Source: Patescibacteria group bacterium
GTDB lineage: Bacteria; Patescibacteriota; Microgenomatia; UBA10105; UBA927
DNA length: 64,000 bases
Direction of reading: 5' to 3'
Assembly: GCA_049322955.1 (NCBI GenBank)
Contig: JBMOPU010000012.1
Location: 408,150 to 472,149, forward strand
The notes beneath the pieces are model-generated. The model was not told the DNA's origin and ran no database searches. It saw nothing but the letters and a program-made list of their open reading frames with translations. The position numbers were made by a program, and so were the translations under genes. Shown here piece after piece: positions 27,241-37,566 of the stretch. Every line of letters starts with the position of its first letter. Within the stretch, counting starts at the first letter, position 1.

Positions 27241-27594
27241 TCACTCTCTCTTAAGAAGCGTTGCTTCCACGCGCTTGGCCCCAAAGAATTCCTTGCAGAA
27301 TTCTTCCGTTGCTTTGGGGTCATACCAGGCGCACGAAAAAATATTAAGATACACACTCTTTTTATATTCGGAGAAGTGCGCGGTTACGGAACTGGTTTCA
27401 ATAAGTTGAACCAGTGAATACCCGCTCGTTATCGGATTATCATGCCCGAAGTGCGGGATAAGCGCTTCGCCGTAGCGTTTCATTTTGATGACGTCATCGC
27501 AAAGCTTGATAACAAATTCCTTTATCTTTTCTCCGCTGGAGATTGTTGCAAGATCGCAGTCATAGAGATTAAGAATAAGTTCCTGACCGAACAT
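27241..27594 (-). CDS. speH: S-adenosylmethionine decarboxylase proenzyme (small prokaryotic type)
   Basis: ELILNLYDCD start region, VQLIETSSVTAHFSEY (self-cleavage ES|S site, HTxPE-like), YLNIFSC. Start MFGQEL. Confidence 0.7.
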   Translation of the reverse strand: MFGQELILNLYDCDLATISSGEKIKEFVIKLCDDVIKMKRYGEALIPHFGHDNPITSGYSLVQLIETSSVTAHFSEYKKSVYLNIFSCAWYDPKATEEFCKEFFGAKRVEATLLKRE

Positions 27595-27789
27595 AGTTTC
27601 TTCATTGGGGGTCGGAGAATTTAACATACAAATATTTTGTGAACGAATAGCGCTATCGTTTCGATGAGCTTTTTTCCGCTACACAACCTCAAAAAATAAT
27701 TAATACTGTTTATTCAGATAACGGTATTTTGTTACGGTTGTCAATATATCGGATACGCAAAACGGCGGATTATCCTTTATAATCGCACT

Positions 27790-28653
27790 ATGCACTGGAT
27801 ACTTGCCGGTTTTTTGATGTTTCTTTGTTCGGTCGCCCAATATTTATTGGTGCGAAAAAGCGTGCTCTTAAAGATCCCTTCACCGTTTGTGAATCTTGCA
27901 ATGTTTCTTATCCCCGTCGTACTGTTTGCGGTCACTGCAATATCTTTGGGAACTGACATGTCGGTGAGCATATATGAACTGGCGGTTATCGCCGTCATGG
28001 CGTTTTTCTTTTCGTATCTCGGAAATATTTTCTCCTTACGAAGCATCGAGATTGCGCCGAATCCCGGCTACAGTCTCGTGTTGTCAAAAAGTTATGTCGT
28101 ATTTACGACGCTTGTTGCCATCCCCTTATTCAATCAACAACTTACTCTTCGGGCGGGAGCGGCAATTGCCATTATCATCATCGCATCCGCGCTTATCACC
28201 ATAACCGGGAAGGCAAAACCGGCGTCCCACGTACATCCTTCCTGGTTGCCGTTGGCTGTGGGTGCGTTTTTTTGCTGGGGTATGCTTTCCGTGGCGTCAA
28301 AATACCTCCTCATGATCGGGGTCGGAGTTCTCCCGCGGCTTATTTACACGATGAGTATCGTATCGTTCCTTATCGCGATTGAAATGCGAGTGAAAAAGAT
28401 ACAATGGCGCGCACTTTCCAAAACCGCGTGGGGAGTGCTGTTGGGGATCGGGGTATTGTCAGGAGGATTTAATTACTTTATGCAGGAGGGTTTTGTGACG
28501 GCTCCCAACATCGGATATATCAATGCAATGAACGCGTCATCGATCGGCCTTGTGGTTGTAGGCTCCGCGATATTTTTCCGTGACGAATTTTCGGTACGGA
28601 AATTTATCGGCGTCATCGGGGTCATTATCGGCCTTATGCTTCTTGTCATATAA
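27790..28653 (+). CDS. DMT/EamA-like 10-TM membrane transporter
   Basis: Ten hydrophobic helices in two 5-TM halves. Confidence 0.45.
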   Translation: MHWILAGFLMFLCSVAQYLLVRKSVLLKIPSPFVNLAMFLIPVVLFAVTAISLGTDMSVSIYELAVIAVMAFFFSYLGNIFSLRSIEIAPNPGYSLVLSKSYVVFTTLVAIPLFNQQLTLRAGAAIAIIIIASALITITGKAKPASHVHPSWLPLAVGAFFCWGMLSVASKYLLMIGVGVLPRLIYTMSIVSFLIAIEMRVKKIQWRALSKTAWGVLLGIGVLSGGFNYFMQEGFVTAPNIGYINAMNASSIGLVVVGSAIFFRDEFSVRKFIGVIGVIIGLMLLVI

Positions 28654-28657
28654 CGCC

Positions 28658-29692
28658 ATGAATACTTCCGATATTTTTTATCCCGTAGCGCACCGATCCG
28701 ACAAGGAAATCGCCGCACTGAAACGACGCTATGAGGTGTTTGATGAAGCGGTGATTCCGTCGCTTGTAAGGGAGAGTATCGGTATGACCGCGGTCTCCTG
28801 GAATAAACCGGAAAGTTGGAGCACCTCGCATGTTATTTATATCGTTACGGTGAAAGAACGAGCTCGCCCCATCGTTGTGCGGGCAAATATCGGGTGGGGG
28901 GAACCCGAACGCTATATGCAGGTGGAAAAACTTATCACCGACCAGGTGGCGTCAACGGGGGTTCCCGTGAACCGGATTCTTTTCGTCGATATCAGTCGCA
29001 GTCAGTATCCGTTTGATTATCAGATACAAGATATGCTGGAAGGTGATGACATAGAAAAAGCATTTCACGGGACACGCACGGAGTATGACGAATTATCGTT
29101 TGCCATAGGACAGTCGATAGCAAAGTGGGGAACGCTTCGGTATGAAAAATTCGGAAGATTTGATCCGGTATCGGCCGCAAACGGCGTCCTTGTCGGTACC
29201 AAAAGCTCCATGTATGAGTATATGCTCGTAAGACTCGATGAGGATATTCGATACCTTGTTGACGCATCCGTTATTCCCGTAAAACTGGCGGATCCCGTTC
29301 GGGCGTTGTTTGATACCTACAAGTCGGTAATGACGGTCGCCTCACCGACCCTTGTTCAATACGACCTTGCTGACCATAACATTATGTTTGACGGGGAAAA
29401 AACGATCACCGGCATTTTTGATTGGGAGGCGGCAGTCGCGGGTGATCCCGTCCTTGATCTTGCCTCAGCTCCTACCTGGAAAACGTTTTACCCCCGTGAG
29501 GAGAAGCTGATTGAAGGCTATACGAGTATAAGCAAACTTCCGACGTTCTTTAAGGAAAAAATGCGGATATACACCCTTCGTACCATGCTGTGGAAGATGG
29601 TCTATGCGATTCGGGCAGGCATACTTACCGATGAGAGAAAACGCAAATTTGATGCCGCATTACAGCCGTATAAACAAGAACTTTTACGCTGA
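28658..29692 (+). CDS. phosphotransferase enzyme family (APH/choline-kinase-like)
   Basis: LVQYDLADHNIMFDGEK (Brenner HxDxxxxN) and ITGIFDWEAAVAGDPVLDLA (DxE...D motif). Confidence 0.6.
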   Translation: MNTSDIFYPVAHRSDKEIAALKRRYEVFDEAVIPSLVRESIGMTAVSWNKPESWSTSHVIYIVTVKERARPIVVRANIGWGEPERYMQVEKLITDQVASTGVPVNRILFVDISRSQYPFDYQIQDMLEGDDIEKAFHGTRTEYDELSFAIGQSIAKWGTLRYEKFGRFDPVSAANGVLVGTKSSMYEYMLVRLDEDIRYLVDASVIPVKLADPVRALFDTYKSVMTVASPTLVQYDLADHNIMFDGEKTITGIFDWEAAVAGDPVLDLASAPTWKTFYPREEKLIEGYTSISKLPTFFKEKMRIYTLRTMLWKMVYAIRAGILTDERKRKFDAALQPYKQELLR

Positions 29693-30955
29693 AGCGAGCT
29701 GTTTTTTAAACTGCATTACCAGCGCGATAAACCATGCGGTGAGAAATACGGTAACAAAAAGCGGATAGGCAATGGAAGCCTTCTCCACGGGAAAAAACGG
29801 CGTACCGGAAACCCCGTAAAACAACAGCATACTGATTGCACTCATACTATCAACGCTTCGATACAGCCTTTCATGACGCGTTGACATAACGCTGAGAAGT
29901 AATGCGCACAACACCCCGATCATCAGGTGATTTTCGTGGACTCCGGAGGCGATAAAAAAGTACCCAAGATAGGCGTACGTTGCGGCGACGAGAAGCGGTC
30001 GTAACGTACGTTTTGTAGCGGCGACGCGGTGAAATGTGTACAACACCCATGCATAGTAGCCGAGAAACGCGAATTTGAATGCGGTATATTGCATCATGAT
30101 TGCCGGGGTTTTTGTGGATGCATCAAGATAAATAAGGAGACTGTCCGGTAATCCGTTTATCCGTTGCGGGAAAACCATCGTATAGAGCCAGGGAAGGGTG
30201 GGAGATGCGGCAAAATAAGGGTCGTTGGTGATTGCCGATGCACCCCGCAGATAATCGGAAACGAAGTCATATCCCCAGGAGAGCAATCCCGTCGTAAGAA
30301 CGGGGATTGATACCCCCAGCAAAAACAAACCGAGACTTTTTACACCCCGACGAAGAAGATACAGCAGAATGAGCGGAAGCATCAGAATCGGCATCCATTT
30401 CATCAAAAATCCGCAGGCAAACAAGAAACCGGAATAGAGATAGTTTTCTTTATGGAGAAAGACAAAGCAAAGAATAATAAACGGATACATATACACGTCG
30501 ATGTATCCCAATCCGTAACTGTTAAGGAGAAGCGCTAAACCGGTGAATCCGAGAAAAAGTCCGCGAATGATACTTCGTACGGGAGAACGGTCATGCGGGC
30601 GGGTGACATAGGAAAACCAAGCAAGCGCGCCCATGGCGGCCCCGTAGAACAGGGAAATAATCATTTTATGCAGGGAAAAGTTATCAAGCAAACTTCCGCC
30701 AACTAATTGACCGAGAAACAGGATGACGAGGTATAACGGCGGATAATTCCATGTATGTCCCGGACAGGTAACGGTGATACAGGTGCTCAGTTGTGCTATT
30801 CCGTTCTGTCGGAAATTTTCAATAATTTGTTCGTACACCCCTACGTCCCCCGTCCCTGCGGAAGGAATAAGCCAAATTGCGGCAAGTACGGCAGTCACAA
30901 TACCGATAAACCAATACACGACGGGTGCGATGGGATGACGAAGATACGCGAGCAT
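29684..30955 (-). CDS. polytopic membrane protein, possible GT-C-type glycosyltransferase (DUF2029-like)
   Basis: More than 10 TM helices. N-terminus of the ORF-track version overlaps tRNA-Thr, so it is trimmed to an internal Met. Confidence 0.35.
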   Translation of the reverse strand: MLAYLRHPIAPVVYWFIGIVTAVLAAIWLIPSAGTGDVGVYEQIIENFRQNGIAQLSTCITVTCPGHTWNYPPLYLVILFLGQLVGGSLLDNFSLHKMIISLFYGAAMGALAWFSYVTRPHDRSPVRSIIRGLFLGFTGLALLLNSYGLGYIDVYMYPFIILCFVFLHKENYLYSGFLFACGFLMKWMPILMLPLILLYLLRRGVKSLGLFLLGVSIPVLTTGLLSWGYDFVSDYLRGASAITNDPYFAASPTLPWLYTMVFPQRINGLPDSLLIYLDASTKTPAIMMQYTAFKFAFLGYYAWVLYTFHRVAATKRTLRPLLVAATYAYLGYFFIASGVHENHLMIGVLCALLLSVMSTRHERLYRSVDSMSAISMLLFYGVSGTPFFPVEKASIAYPLFVTVFLTAWFIALVMQFKKQLASA

Positions 30956-31002
30956 GAGGATAATGAAAAAGGAAACGGTAACCTTATATTGATGTATTTG
31001 TG

Positions 31003-31074
31003 AGCCTGGGGCGGGAATCGGACCCGCGACCACGTTCTTACCAAGAACGTGCTCTACCACTGAGCCACCCAGGC
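31003..31074 (-). tRNA. tRNA-Thr (anticodon GGT)
   Basis: Manual fold: acceptor GCCTGGG/CCCAGGC, D-arm GCTC-AGTGGTA-GAGC, anticodon arm CGTTC-TTGGTAA-GAACG, T-arm GCGGG-TCCGATT-CCCGC. 72 nt. Confidence 0.85.
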
Positions 31075-31150
31075 GGAACTTACGTATTGTATCAAATGCA
31101 ACGATTGGTGTGAATGATTTTATTCATCTACTCCGACTATTATCTTTACT

Positions 31151-32098
31151 ATGAAAAAAATACTCGTCACCGGTGCATTCGGTTTAGTGGGATCCGATCT
31201 TGTTCCCGCATTGCAAAAAAAATACGGGCACACCAATGTCTATGCGCTCTATCATGCCCATGGGGATGCGAAAGCCGACGTGCAACTTATTAAAGGCGAT
31301 GTGCGGGATAAAGCGGGTCTTGAAAAAATTATCAAAAAACACGGCATTACCACCGTCTATCATCTTGCCGGACTATTGTCGGTCGGAGGAGAAAAGAATC
31401 CCGACCTTGCCTGGGACGTGAATATGAACGGGCTTCGTAATGTCCTTGACCTTGCCCGTGATTATTCACTGCAGGTGTTCTGGCCCAGTTCCATTGCCGC
31501 GTTCGGACCGACTACCCCCAAAGTGAATACGCCGCAACACACCGTGATCGAACCTACGACCATCTATGGCGTCACCAAATACGCAGGAGAGCTTTTGTGT
31601 CAGTATTACCACAATAGGTGGGGAGTTGATGTGCGCAGTCTCCGCTATCCCGGACTTATCGGCTATCAGGCGCCGCCCGGTGACGGAACGACGGAATACT
31701 CGGTGCATATCTTTTACGGCCTGCTTCGGGAAAACAAATACAGCGTCTTTTTGAAGGAAAACGCCCGACTTCCCATGATGTATATCGACGACGCCATTCG
31801 CGGCACCATGAAACTCATGGCGGCACCGGCAAAAAAGCTCACCGTGTGGACGGCATACAATTTTGCCGCTATTAACTTCACGCCGAAGGAATTGGTCAAT
31901 GAAATTAAGAAATTGTATCCGACTTTTAAAGCGACCTATGATCCCGATCCCATAAAGCAGAAAATCGCCGAAGGGTGGCCGCAAGCCATTGATGACCGCC
32001 AGGCTCGAAAAGATTGGGGATGGAAACATGAATACACGTTGCCGAAAATGACCAAAGTGATGATCGCAGGACTCAAAAAAAAGCTCGGTACGAAATAA
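31151..32098 (+). CDS. tdh: L-threonine 3-dehydrogenase (NAD-dependent epimerase/dehydratase-type)
   Basis: VTGAFGLVGS Rossmann motif and YGVTK catalytic YxxxK. Extended-SDR length. Directly upstream of kbl. Confidence 0.7.
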   Translation: MKKILVTGAFGLVGSDLVPALQKKYGHTNVYALYHAHGDAKADVQLIKGDVRDKAGLEKIIKKHGITTVYHLAGLLSVGGEKNPDLAWDVNMNGLRNVLDLARDYSLQVFWPSSIAAFGPTTPKVNTPQHTVIEPTTIYGVTKYAGELLCQYYHNRWGVDVRSLRYPGLIGYQAPPGDGTTEYSVHIFYGLLRENKYSVFLKENARLPMMYIDDAIRGTMKLMAAPAKKLTVWTAYNFAAINFTPKELVNEIKKLYPTFKATYDPDPIKQKIAEGWPQAIDDRQARKDWGWKHEYTLPKMTKVMIAGLKKKLGTK

Positions 32099-32107
32099 AG
32101 GAGGCCT

Positions 32108-33313
32108 ATGGACCCATTAACGCCATACTACAAAACCATCGAAACCATGAAACAAAAGGGACTCTATACGCCCGTGCGGGTGTTGGAGTCGCCGCAGGGA
32201 CCCTGGATTACCATTGACGGCAAGAAGGTCTTGAACTTCTGCTCGAACAATTATCTCGGATTTGCGCAAAATCCAAGGATTGCCAATGCCGCCGTTAAAG
32301 CGATCAAAAAATACGGTATGGGGGCAGGAGCCGTTCGTCCGATTTCCGGAAACACCGCGCTCCACATGGAAGCGGAGAAAGCGCTCGCGAAGTTTAAGGG
32401 TGCGGAAGCGGCATTCCTGCTTCCCGGCGGATTTATCGCCAATATCGTCGCCATCGCCACGATCGTCGGCAAGGAAGATATCGTCATATCCGATGAATTA
32501 AATCATGCATCCATCATTGATGCCATAAAACTTGCGCAGGTGAAAACGAAGTTTATTTATAAGCATAACGATATGGCGGAGCTGGAGTTGCGGCTCAAGG
32601 AAGCCAATCAGGTAGCCGAGACCAAAAAATCCGACGGAAAACGACCGATTATTTTGATAGTTTCAGACGGCGTTTTCTCCATGGACGGGGACATCGCCCC
32701 GCTTCCCGAGATCGTAAAACTCGCCAAGAAATATCGCGCAATCACCATGGTGGATGACGCGCACGGCGAAGGGGTATTGGGCGACGGTAGGGGAATCGCC
32801 AAGCATTTCGGATTGGAAGGCAAGCTGGATATTGAGGTGGGAACGTTGTCAAAGGCGTTCGGGGTGTTAGGTGGCGTTATCGCCGGTAAAAAAGAGCTCA
32901 TTGAATACTATCGGCAAAAAGGAAGACCGTATCTGTTCTCGACCGGTCTTACCGTTGCCGATACCGCGGCGGTTATTGAGGCGGTGAAGATTCTTTCCAC
33001 GTCAAAGAGTTTGGTGAAAAAAGTATGGGACAATGCCGCCTACCTCCGAAACGAATTTAATAAACTCGGATTCGACACCGGGGTGACGCAAACGCCGATC
33101 ACCCCCGTGATGTTAGGGGATGAAAATTTAGCAAAGGAATTTAGTGCACAGCTTATGAAAGAAGGCGTATTTGCAACCCCGATCAAGTTTCCTATGGTTG
33201 CGTTGGGCAAGGCACGCATCCGCGTGATGCCCAGTAGCGCACACACGAAAAAGGATCTTGATTACGGAGTTGCCGCCTTCAAAAAAGTCGGCAAAAAACT
33301 CGGAGTTATTTAA
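32108..33313 (+). CDS. kbl: 2-amino-3-ketobutyrate CoA ligase (glycine C-acetyltransferase)
   Basis: Alpha-oxoamine synthase family, PLP-lysine motif TLSKAFG, DDAHG, 401 aa. Confidence 0.85.
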   Translation: MDPLTPYYKTIETMKQKGLYTPVRVLESPQGPWITIDGKKVLNFCSNNYLGFAQNPRIANAAVKAIKKYGMGAGAVRPISGNTALHMEAEKALAKFKGAEAAFLLPGGFIANIVAIATIVGKEDIVISDELNHASIIDAIKLAQVKTKFIYKHNDMAELELRLKEANQVAETKKSDGKRPIILIVSDGVFSMDGDIAPLPEIVKLAKKYRAITMVDDAHGEGVLGDGRGIAKHFGLEGKLDIEVGTLSKAFGVLGGVIAGKKELIEYYRQKGRPYLFSTGLTVADTAAVIEAVKILSTSKSLVKKVWDNAAYLRNEFNKLGFDTGVTQTPITPVMLGDENLAKEFSAQLMKEGVFATPIKFPMVALGKARIRVMPSSAHTKKDLDYGVAAFKKVGKKLGVI

Positions 33314-35741
33314 GTTTGTCCCATTCGTTCATGAAGATTGTGTAATCAACGGTGTTCAGTTGCCCATCTTCGTTGAGGTCTCCCTTATTCACGATCTTGC
33401 CGTACCAGTATGTCATAAATAAAGTGTAGTCCACGACGGAAACGGTTCCATCCCCGTTGAGGTCTGCAACGGAAAAAGTGGGAGAAGGGGGCGGAGTCCC
33501 GGTATCGGTCTGTGCAATTGCTTGCAGGTACTCGAGGATGGCGATTGTGTGCTGTGCGGCCTGTTTGCGTGGGATCGGGCTGTCCGGGCAGAATGTTTTT
33601 GCCGATGAATCGCAATAAAGTTTGATGCCTTTGGCTGCGAGTCCTTCCGCGAACGGGTAGCTCATATGAGATGAAGGCAGATCAGGATATGTCGGGGATT
33701 GCGGTGTTTTGGTGACAAACGATGGATCTTTCTGCTTGAGCAAACGGAAAAGAAATATTGCAAACTGCCCGTAAGTGGTTTGTTGTTCCGGGCAGTATCG
33801 TGCAGGAGTGAGTGAACAACCTGACGTGACACCCGCGGCGGCCACTCCCTCGATTGTGGAAAAAAAAGGATGCGTTTTGGGGACATCCGTAAATGTCTCC
33901 GTTGCAGGAGTTTTTGCTGGGATGTCGAACGCGCGAGACAACACTGCGGATGCCTGATCCCGGCTTAACGACGTGTTCGGACCGAACTGAAGGTTGCCAT
34001 ATCCATTCATGATGCCCTGGGCGGCGGCAAGCTGAATTCCCGAAAATTCAGGCATGGAATTAGCCACATCCGTAAAAGGTACGATGTATGCGCCTCGTAA
34101 GACTAATTCCCTTTGCACATCCGAGACGGGGACTTCCGAAGGGGTCAGATGACGCTTCGATGACAATGCGGCCAACGCCCCGACAGCCTGGCCGGTAACC
34201 ATAGTGATAGGCTGGAGCCGGGTTGCACCGTTAACGAGTCTCGTTACGGAAATATTTTTCTCCGCAAAGAGAAGGCCGGATATATTTCGGGAATAAAGTG
34301 TTTCGAGCGGGATCTGAAACGGCCCGGATCCCGACGTATCCGCGGCAGACTCCATTGACGTCTCCAGGTATTGCGTCTCCCTGCAACCATGCAAATCGTC
34401 AGGATAGTCGCCGACGCCGATTGTTGACGGATAGGTTGTCGTTGACCTGGGCGGGGATCCCGTTCGGCGGATATCTTTGGCCGTCAGGGTGAGAGGACCG
34501 ATACCTCGGATTCCTTCCCGAACGTACGGGATAACCGGAAGTTGGCGTTCGATGGATTTGAGCGATGTTGGTATGTTGTCACAGGTATTTTCCTCGCTGT
34601 TATATGGCGTATCATATCCTTCATCGGTGGAAACAGACCACGTCGGTTCACCCAGCTCTGTCTGTACATAGTAAAGGAATTGGATTGTTCGAAGCTTTGC
34701 TTCGCAGTTAATCTGCTTGCGGTACGACTTGTCCGTGATGTAGCGGGGAGAAAGGAACGACGCAGTGCCGGCATCCGTGTACGCGTTACGAGGATAGTCG
34801 TTTGCCCAATTAACACCCGTTTTTGTGATGGCGACAGGGTTAGAAACGTCATAAGAGCCGGGGGATGCACTGTCTGGGAATCCTCGGTAGGCATTGTGTA
34901 CCGGCCATGCTACGGGGTACGAGCCCGTCCATGTGGTATTTCCGGTTTTGCTCACGATGCTCCGGAAGATTGATTTGATAGCGTCCGTATAGCCGGGAGG
35001 CGGTGCGCTGATTCGCAGATCCTGAGGTGGCCCATCGGGATATTTTTTGATCACCGCGGTGTAGGTGATGTCCTGTATGCAGGCGTTTGACGGAATTGAA
35101 TCACGGGTGCCATTTCCGATCCGATACGTGTCCGCAAGCGCGATAACGTCACCATACTCCGTTGCGTCAATAACGACCGGTGCGGTGAGTTGGGATGTGG
35201 CCCCCAAATGTCGCACGTTCACCCCGGTCACACTTTTTCCTGATCTGTTCACCCCGACTACTGAGGAACGTAAGCGAAGTGAGATATTCGGCTCCGCTTC
35301 GATCATCTGGTTAAGGATGGTTTTCCCCACACCAGGCTCGAAGCAGAGGGAGCTTGTGCTCCAGTAGCATGTGCCGATCGATTTGTTCTTTCCTCGATAG
35401 TGCGCCCGAATTTTTCCGATAAACTCCGCATATATACCCCCGGTCCAGGTAAAGTTGCCTCCGTCCATATTCGCTACACCGGCGGCGGTCATCTGTCCGC
35501 CGATCCAGTCAGTTTCCTCAAGGAGGATAACCCGTGCACCCATTCGGGCCGCTTGAATTGCGGCGGCAATACCTCCTGTACCTGCCCCGACAACGATAAC
35601 ATCGGCGTTATTATCAGAAAACGATGCACGTGACCGAAGATCAAGACGGGTAACCCCTATAGCTCCCGCGGTAAGAAGAGTTATGAGCAAAAGCGCTATG
35701 ATGCCGATCAATGACGGTGGTTGTTTCTTATATGCGGCCAT
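33306..35741 (-). CDS. secreted multidomain FAD-dependent oxidoreductase with SLH-like segment and C-terminal dockerin-like repeats
   Basis: N-terminal TM/signal. [29 protein letters not shown] dinucleotide-binding motif. SLH-like [11 protein letters not shown]...[25 protein letters not shown]-terminal paired [16 protein letters not shown] / [16 protein letters not shown] Ca-binding dockerin-type repeats. Confidence 0.55.
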   Translation of the reverse strand: MAAYKKQPPSLIGIIALLLITLLTAGAIGVTRLDLRSRASFSDNNADVIVVGAGTGGIAAAIQAARMGARVILLEETDWIGGQMTAAGVANMDGGNFTWTGGIYAEFIGKIRAHYRGKNKSIGTCYWSTSSLCFEPGVGKTILNQMIEAEPNISLRLRSSVVGVNRSGKSVTGVNVRHLGATSQLTAPVVIDATEYGDVIALADTYRIGNGTRDSIPSNACIQDITYTAVIKKYPDGPPQDLRISAPPPGYTDAIKSIFRSIVSKTGNTTWTGSYPVAWPVHNAYRGFPDSASPGSYDVSNPVAITKTGVNWANDYPRNAYTDAGTASFLSPRYITDKSYRKQINCEAKLRTIQFLYYVQTELGEPTWSVSTDEGYDTPYNSEENTCDNIPTSLKSIERQLPVIPYVREGIRGIGPLTLTAKDIRRTGSPPRSTTTYPSTIGVGDYPDDLHGCRETQYLETSMESAADTSGSGPFQIPLETLYSRNISGLLFAEKNISVTRLVNGATRLQPITMVTGQAVGALAALSSKRHLTPSEVPVSDVQRELVLRGAYIVPFTDVANSMPEFSGIQLAAAQGIMNGYGNLQFGPNTSLSRDQASAVLSRAFDIPAKTPATETFTDVPKTHPFFSTIEGVAAAGVTSGCSLTPARYCPEQQTTYGQFAIFLFRLLKQKDPSFVTKTPQSPTYPDLPSSHMSYPFAEGLAAKGIKLYCDSSAKTFCPDSPIPRKQAAQHTIAILEYLQAIAQTDTGTPPPSPTFSVADLNGDGTVSVVDYTLFMTYWYGKIVNKGDLNEDGQLNTVDYTIFMNEWDKLK

Positions 35742-35746
35742 ATGGG

Positions 35747-36448
35747 TTAATAGGCGGCACCTTCAAAGTTCGGGCAATTCGCTTTTGCCCAGCGTAAGTA
35801 TTCATCGGTACATTCCAGTTTAATTCCTTCGTTTGGTCCCGGCATGCAGTCAACCCAAGGCGTTTCAGGGCATGTATATGCCGTACCCTGTTTGGGAGGC
35901 GAAATGGAGCCTTGAAACGTGCAAGCGTTGTTATAACACACCGGTGTTGTGGGTGCTTCACAGGGCCGACAGGCGACAGATGCATCGCATGTGCGCGATG
36001 CGGGCATTTTTTTCGCTGATTCATATGGAATCCACCCGTCGTTTCCAATCTGCTGTTTATTGATTGCCATCGGGCAATTACAACAGCCGTTCGATTGTAT
36101 GCCGATGGTGCAATCCTCATCCGTGTTGCAGGATAGGGGATCCGTATACATGGGATTTGTGTCCGGTCCGTCGATTAGTTGGACGAATCGTTTGCCGTCA
36201 CGGGTCACACAGGTGGAGGGATAGCTTTCCTGGATGACGCTCCCGCGGGCTTTTACACACTCCTCGTAGCTGGTGATGACGGGTGACGCGGTATATTCCT
36301 GATAGGCGAATAACCCGCCCGCGCCCAAAAGGATACCGAAAATGAGAATAAGCGCCATATATATCGGTCGAAGCGACAATTTTGGCGGGGCGGTGTTAGC
36401 CGTATCAGGAGGACTCGCAACCGGTTCGGAAGTCGGTGAAGATTCCAT
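35747..36448 (-). CDS. cysteine-rich membrane-anchored hypothetical protein
   Basis: N-terminal TM, more than 20 Cys in a 170 aa ectodomain. Confidence 0.45.
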   Translation of the reverse strand: MESSPTSEPVASPPDTANTAPPKLSLRPIYMALILIFGILLGAGGLFAYQEYTASPVITSYEECVKARGSVIQESYPSTCVTRDGKRFVQLIDGPDTNPMYTDPLSCNTDEDCTIGIQSNGCCNCPMAINKQQIGNDGWIPYESAKKMPASRTCDASVACRPCEAPTTPVCYNNACTFQGSISPPKQGTAYTCPETPWVDCMPGPNEGIKLECTDEYLRWAKANCPNFEGAAY

Positions 36449-36514
36449 ATGCAGGTTGAGTATACGTCGATACCCATGCCATTACAAGCAATGTACTTGT
36501 GGTACAGTAACAGT

Positions 36515-37504
36515 ATGAATCGGATGGTAGGCGGTCTTGTGCTTATGCTTCTTATTGCCGGAGGGATACTCTACGCACTGCTTGGCGATCGGCAGTCGAA
36601 CTCGGTGATAAGCCCTATTACCCAAGTGTTGGAAAGAAGTCTCGATAAATATTCCATAGACAGCCTGACGCGGCGTCAGGGAAAAGGAAGTGTTATTGTT
36701 TTTGGTACCGCAGTTGCGACAACCTCGGCATATACCGTACATGAATTCTCTTTCATGAGTGACGGAAAAAAAGTTACCGGACTTGCCCACGTGCCATCTG
36801 ATGCTTCGGCGGCGGAAAAAAAGCCGGTCATTGTCCAGATTCGGGGATATGTTGACCGCAGTGTCTTTGCTTCGGGAGTCGGAACCAGACGAAGTGCCGA
36901 GGTGTTTGCCGCCAACGGATTTATTTCGCTTGCTCCTGATTTTTTGGGATACGGAGGATCCGACAACCCCAGTAACGACGTCTTTGAAGAACGGTTTCAG
37001 ACCTATACGGTCACCCTTGATCTTCTGGCATCGGTGGGTTCACTTCCCCAAGCTGATAGTGAACAAATCGGTATATGGGCACATAGCAACGGAGGGCAGA
37101 TAGCGCTTACGGTCTTGGAAATTACGCGGGGAACGTATCCTACCGTTCTTTGGGCACCCGTCACTAAAGCATTTCCGTATTCCATTCTGTATTACACCGA
37201 TGAGGCTGATGATAAAGGAAAGGCCTTACGGAAAAAACTTGCCGAATTCGAACGGAATTATGATGTCGACCTCTATACGCTTGTCAATTTTACCGATAGG
37301 ATCGCCGCACCGTTACAGATACACCAGGGGAGCGCGGATGACGCCGTGCCACAGCGGTGGAATGATGACTTTGTAGATCAGCTCAAGGCACGTGATGCGG
37401 ACGTCGAGTATATCGTGTATCCCGGTGCGGATCATAATATGCAACCGGGATGGAACACTGCCGTGACCAGAAGTATGGAATTTTATCGGTCTCACGGATT
37501 GTAA
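36515..37504 (+). CDS. alpha/beta hydrolase (dienelactone hydrolase / S9 peptidase-like)
   Basis: N-terminal TM, nucleophile elbow IGIWAHSNGGQIA (GxSxG). Acid and His candidates downstream (DDAV, GADHNM). Confidence 0.55.
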   Translation: MNRMVGGLVLMLLIAGGILYALLGDRQSNSVISPITQVLERSLDKYSIDSLTRRQGKGSVIVFGTAVATTSAYTVHEFSFMSDGKKVTGLAHVPSDASAAEKKPVIVQIRGYVDRSVFASGVGTRRSAEVFAANGFISLAPDFLGYGGSDNPSNDVFEERFQTYTVTLDLLASVGSLPQADSEQIGIWAHSNGGQIALTVLEITRGTYPTVLWAPVTKAFPYSILYYTDEADDKGKALRKKLAEFERNYDVDLYTLVNFTDRIAAPLQIHQGSADDAVPQRWNDDFVDQLKARDADVEYIVYPGADHNMQPGWNTAVTRSMEFYRSHGL

Positions 37505-37566
37505 GAGTTCGTACATATTCAGGCGGTGTACGCTGTTTATACTTATCATAATCTGCAGATAGGTAT

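Noticed and set aside
29684-31060. Full-length 458 aa ORF start
   Set aside because: The first about 35 codons overlap tRNA-Thr(GGT) at 31003-31074. The start was moved to an internal Met.
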